In this document: positions 63,746-64,000 of the stretch, piece after piece
Position numbering within the stretch: position 1 is the first letter of the stretch
How the letters are laid out: every line of letters starts with the position of its first letter
Source of the DNA: an uncultured Candidatus Rokubacteria bacterium
GTDB lineage: Bacteria > Methylomirabilota > Methylomirabilia > Rokubacteriales > CSP1-6
Assembly: GCA_963789955.1 (NCBI GenBank)
Contig: CAWBMV010000036.1
Span: 128,001 to 192,000 of the forward strand
Direction of reading: 5' to 3'
Length of the DNA: 64,000 bases
The notes under the pieces: generated by a model
What the model was told of the DNA's origin: nothing
The model's input: the letters and a program-made list of their open reading frames with translations, nothing else
Database searches by the model: none
Made by a program: the position numbers and the translations under genes

Positions 63746-64000
63746 CCGACCGCCCGGCCCCCCGCGGAACACTGCCCTTCTTCTACGGCTGGATCGTCGT
63801 CGCCGCCGCGTTCGTCACGATGGCGATCGGCGTCAACGCGCGCACGGCGTTCTCGCTCTTGTTTCCTCCGATCCTCGACGAGTTCGGCTGGGAGCGGGGA
63901 CTGACCGCCGGCGCCTTCTCGTTCGGCTTTCTCGTCTCGGCCTGCCTGAGCCCGCTCGTCGGCCGCCTGATGGATCGCCGGGGCCCGCGCTTCGTGATCG
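63742..64000 (+). CDS. MFS transporter, 5' part (runs off the window)
   Basis: PFFYGWIVV...VNARTAFSLLFPPILDEFGW...GRLMDRRGPR. Confidence 0.88.
   Translation, partial: MTDRPAPRGTLPFFYGWIVVAAAFVTMAIGVNARTAFSLLFPPILDEFGWERGLTAGAFSFGFLVSACLSPLVGRLMDRRGPRFVI

Overview
High-GC bacterial chromosomal window of about 63 mostly metabolic, transport and regulatory genes. The gene repertoire (orphan family-5 solute-binding protein, several luciferase-like monooxygenases, MFS carriers, an amidohydrolase) resembles soil Rokubacteria/Methylomirabilota, which is inference only. About a dozen genes carry small indel frameshifts that look like long-read assembly errors. No rRNA, tRNA, CRISPR array, integrase or transposase was recognised. 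The strongest finding is a MerB-like organomercurial lyase gene (31379-32014) outside any mer operon. It has an in-frame TGA at the position of the second catalytic cysteine, followed by a SECIS-like hairpin with a GGUC loop, and its read-through frame overlaps the next gene by ATGA, so it is a probable selenoprotein. Other non-obvious signals are a complete leader-peptide attenuator upstream of leuA, a duplicated palindrome plus sigma-54 promoter module on either side of a GAFTGA activator in an arylsulfatase region, a repeated ATTACC-N5-GGTAAT operator, an ECF42-like sigma/DGPF locus with a ubiquitin-like protein, and queC-queE embedded in an acyl-CoA operon.
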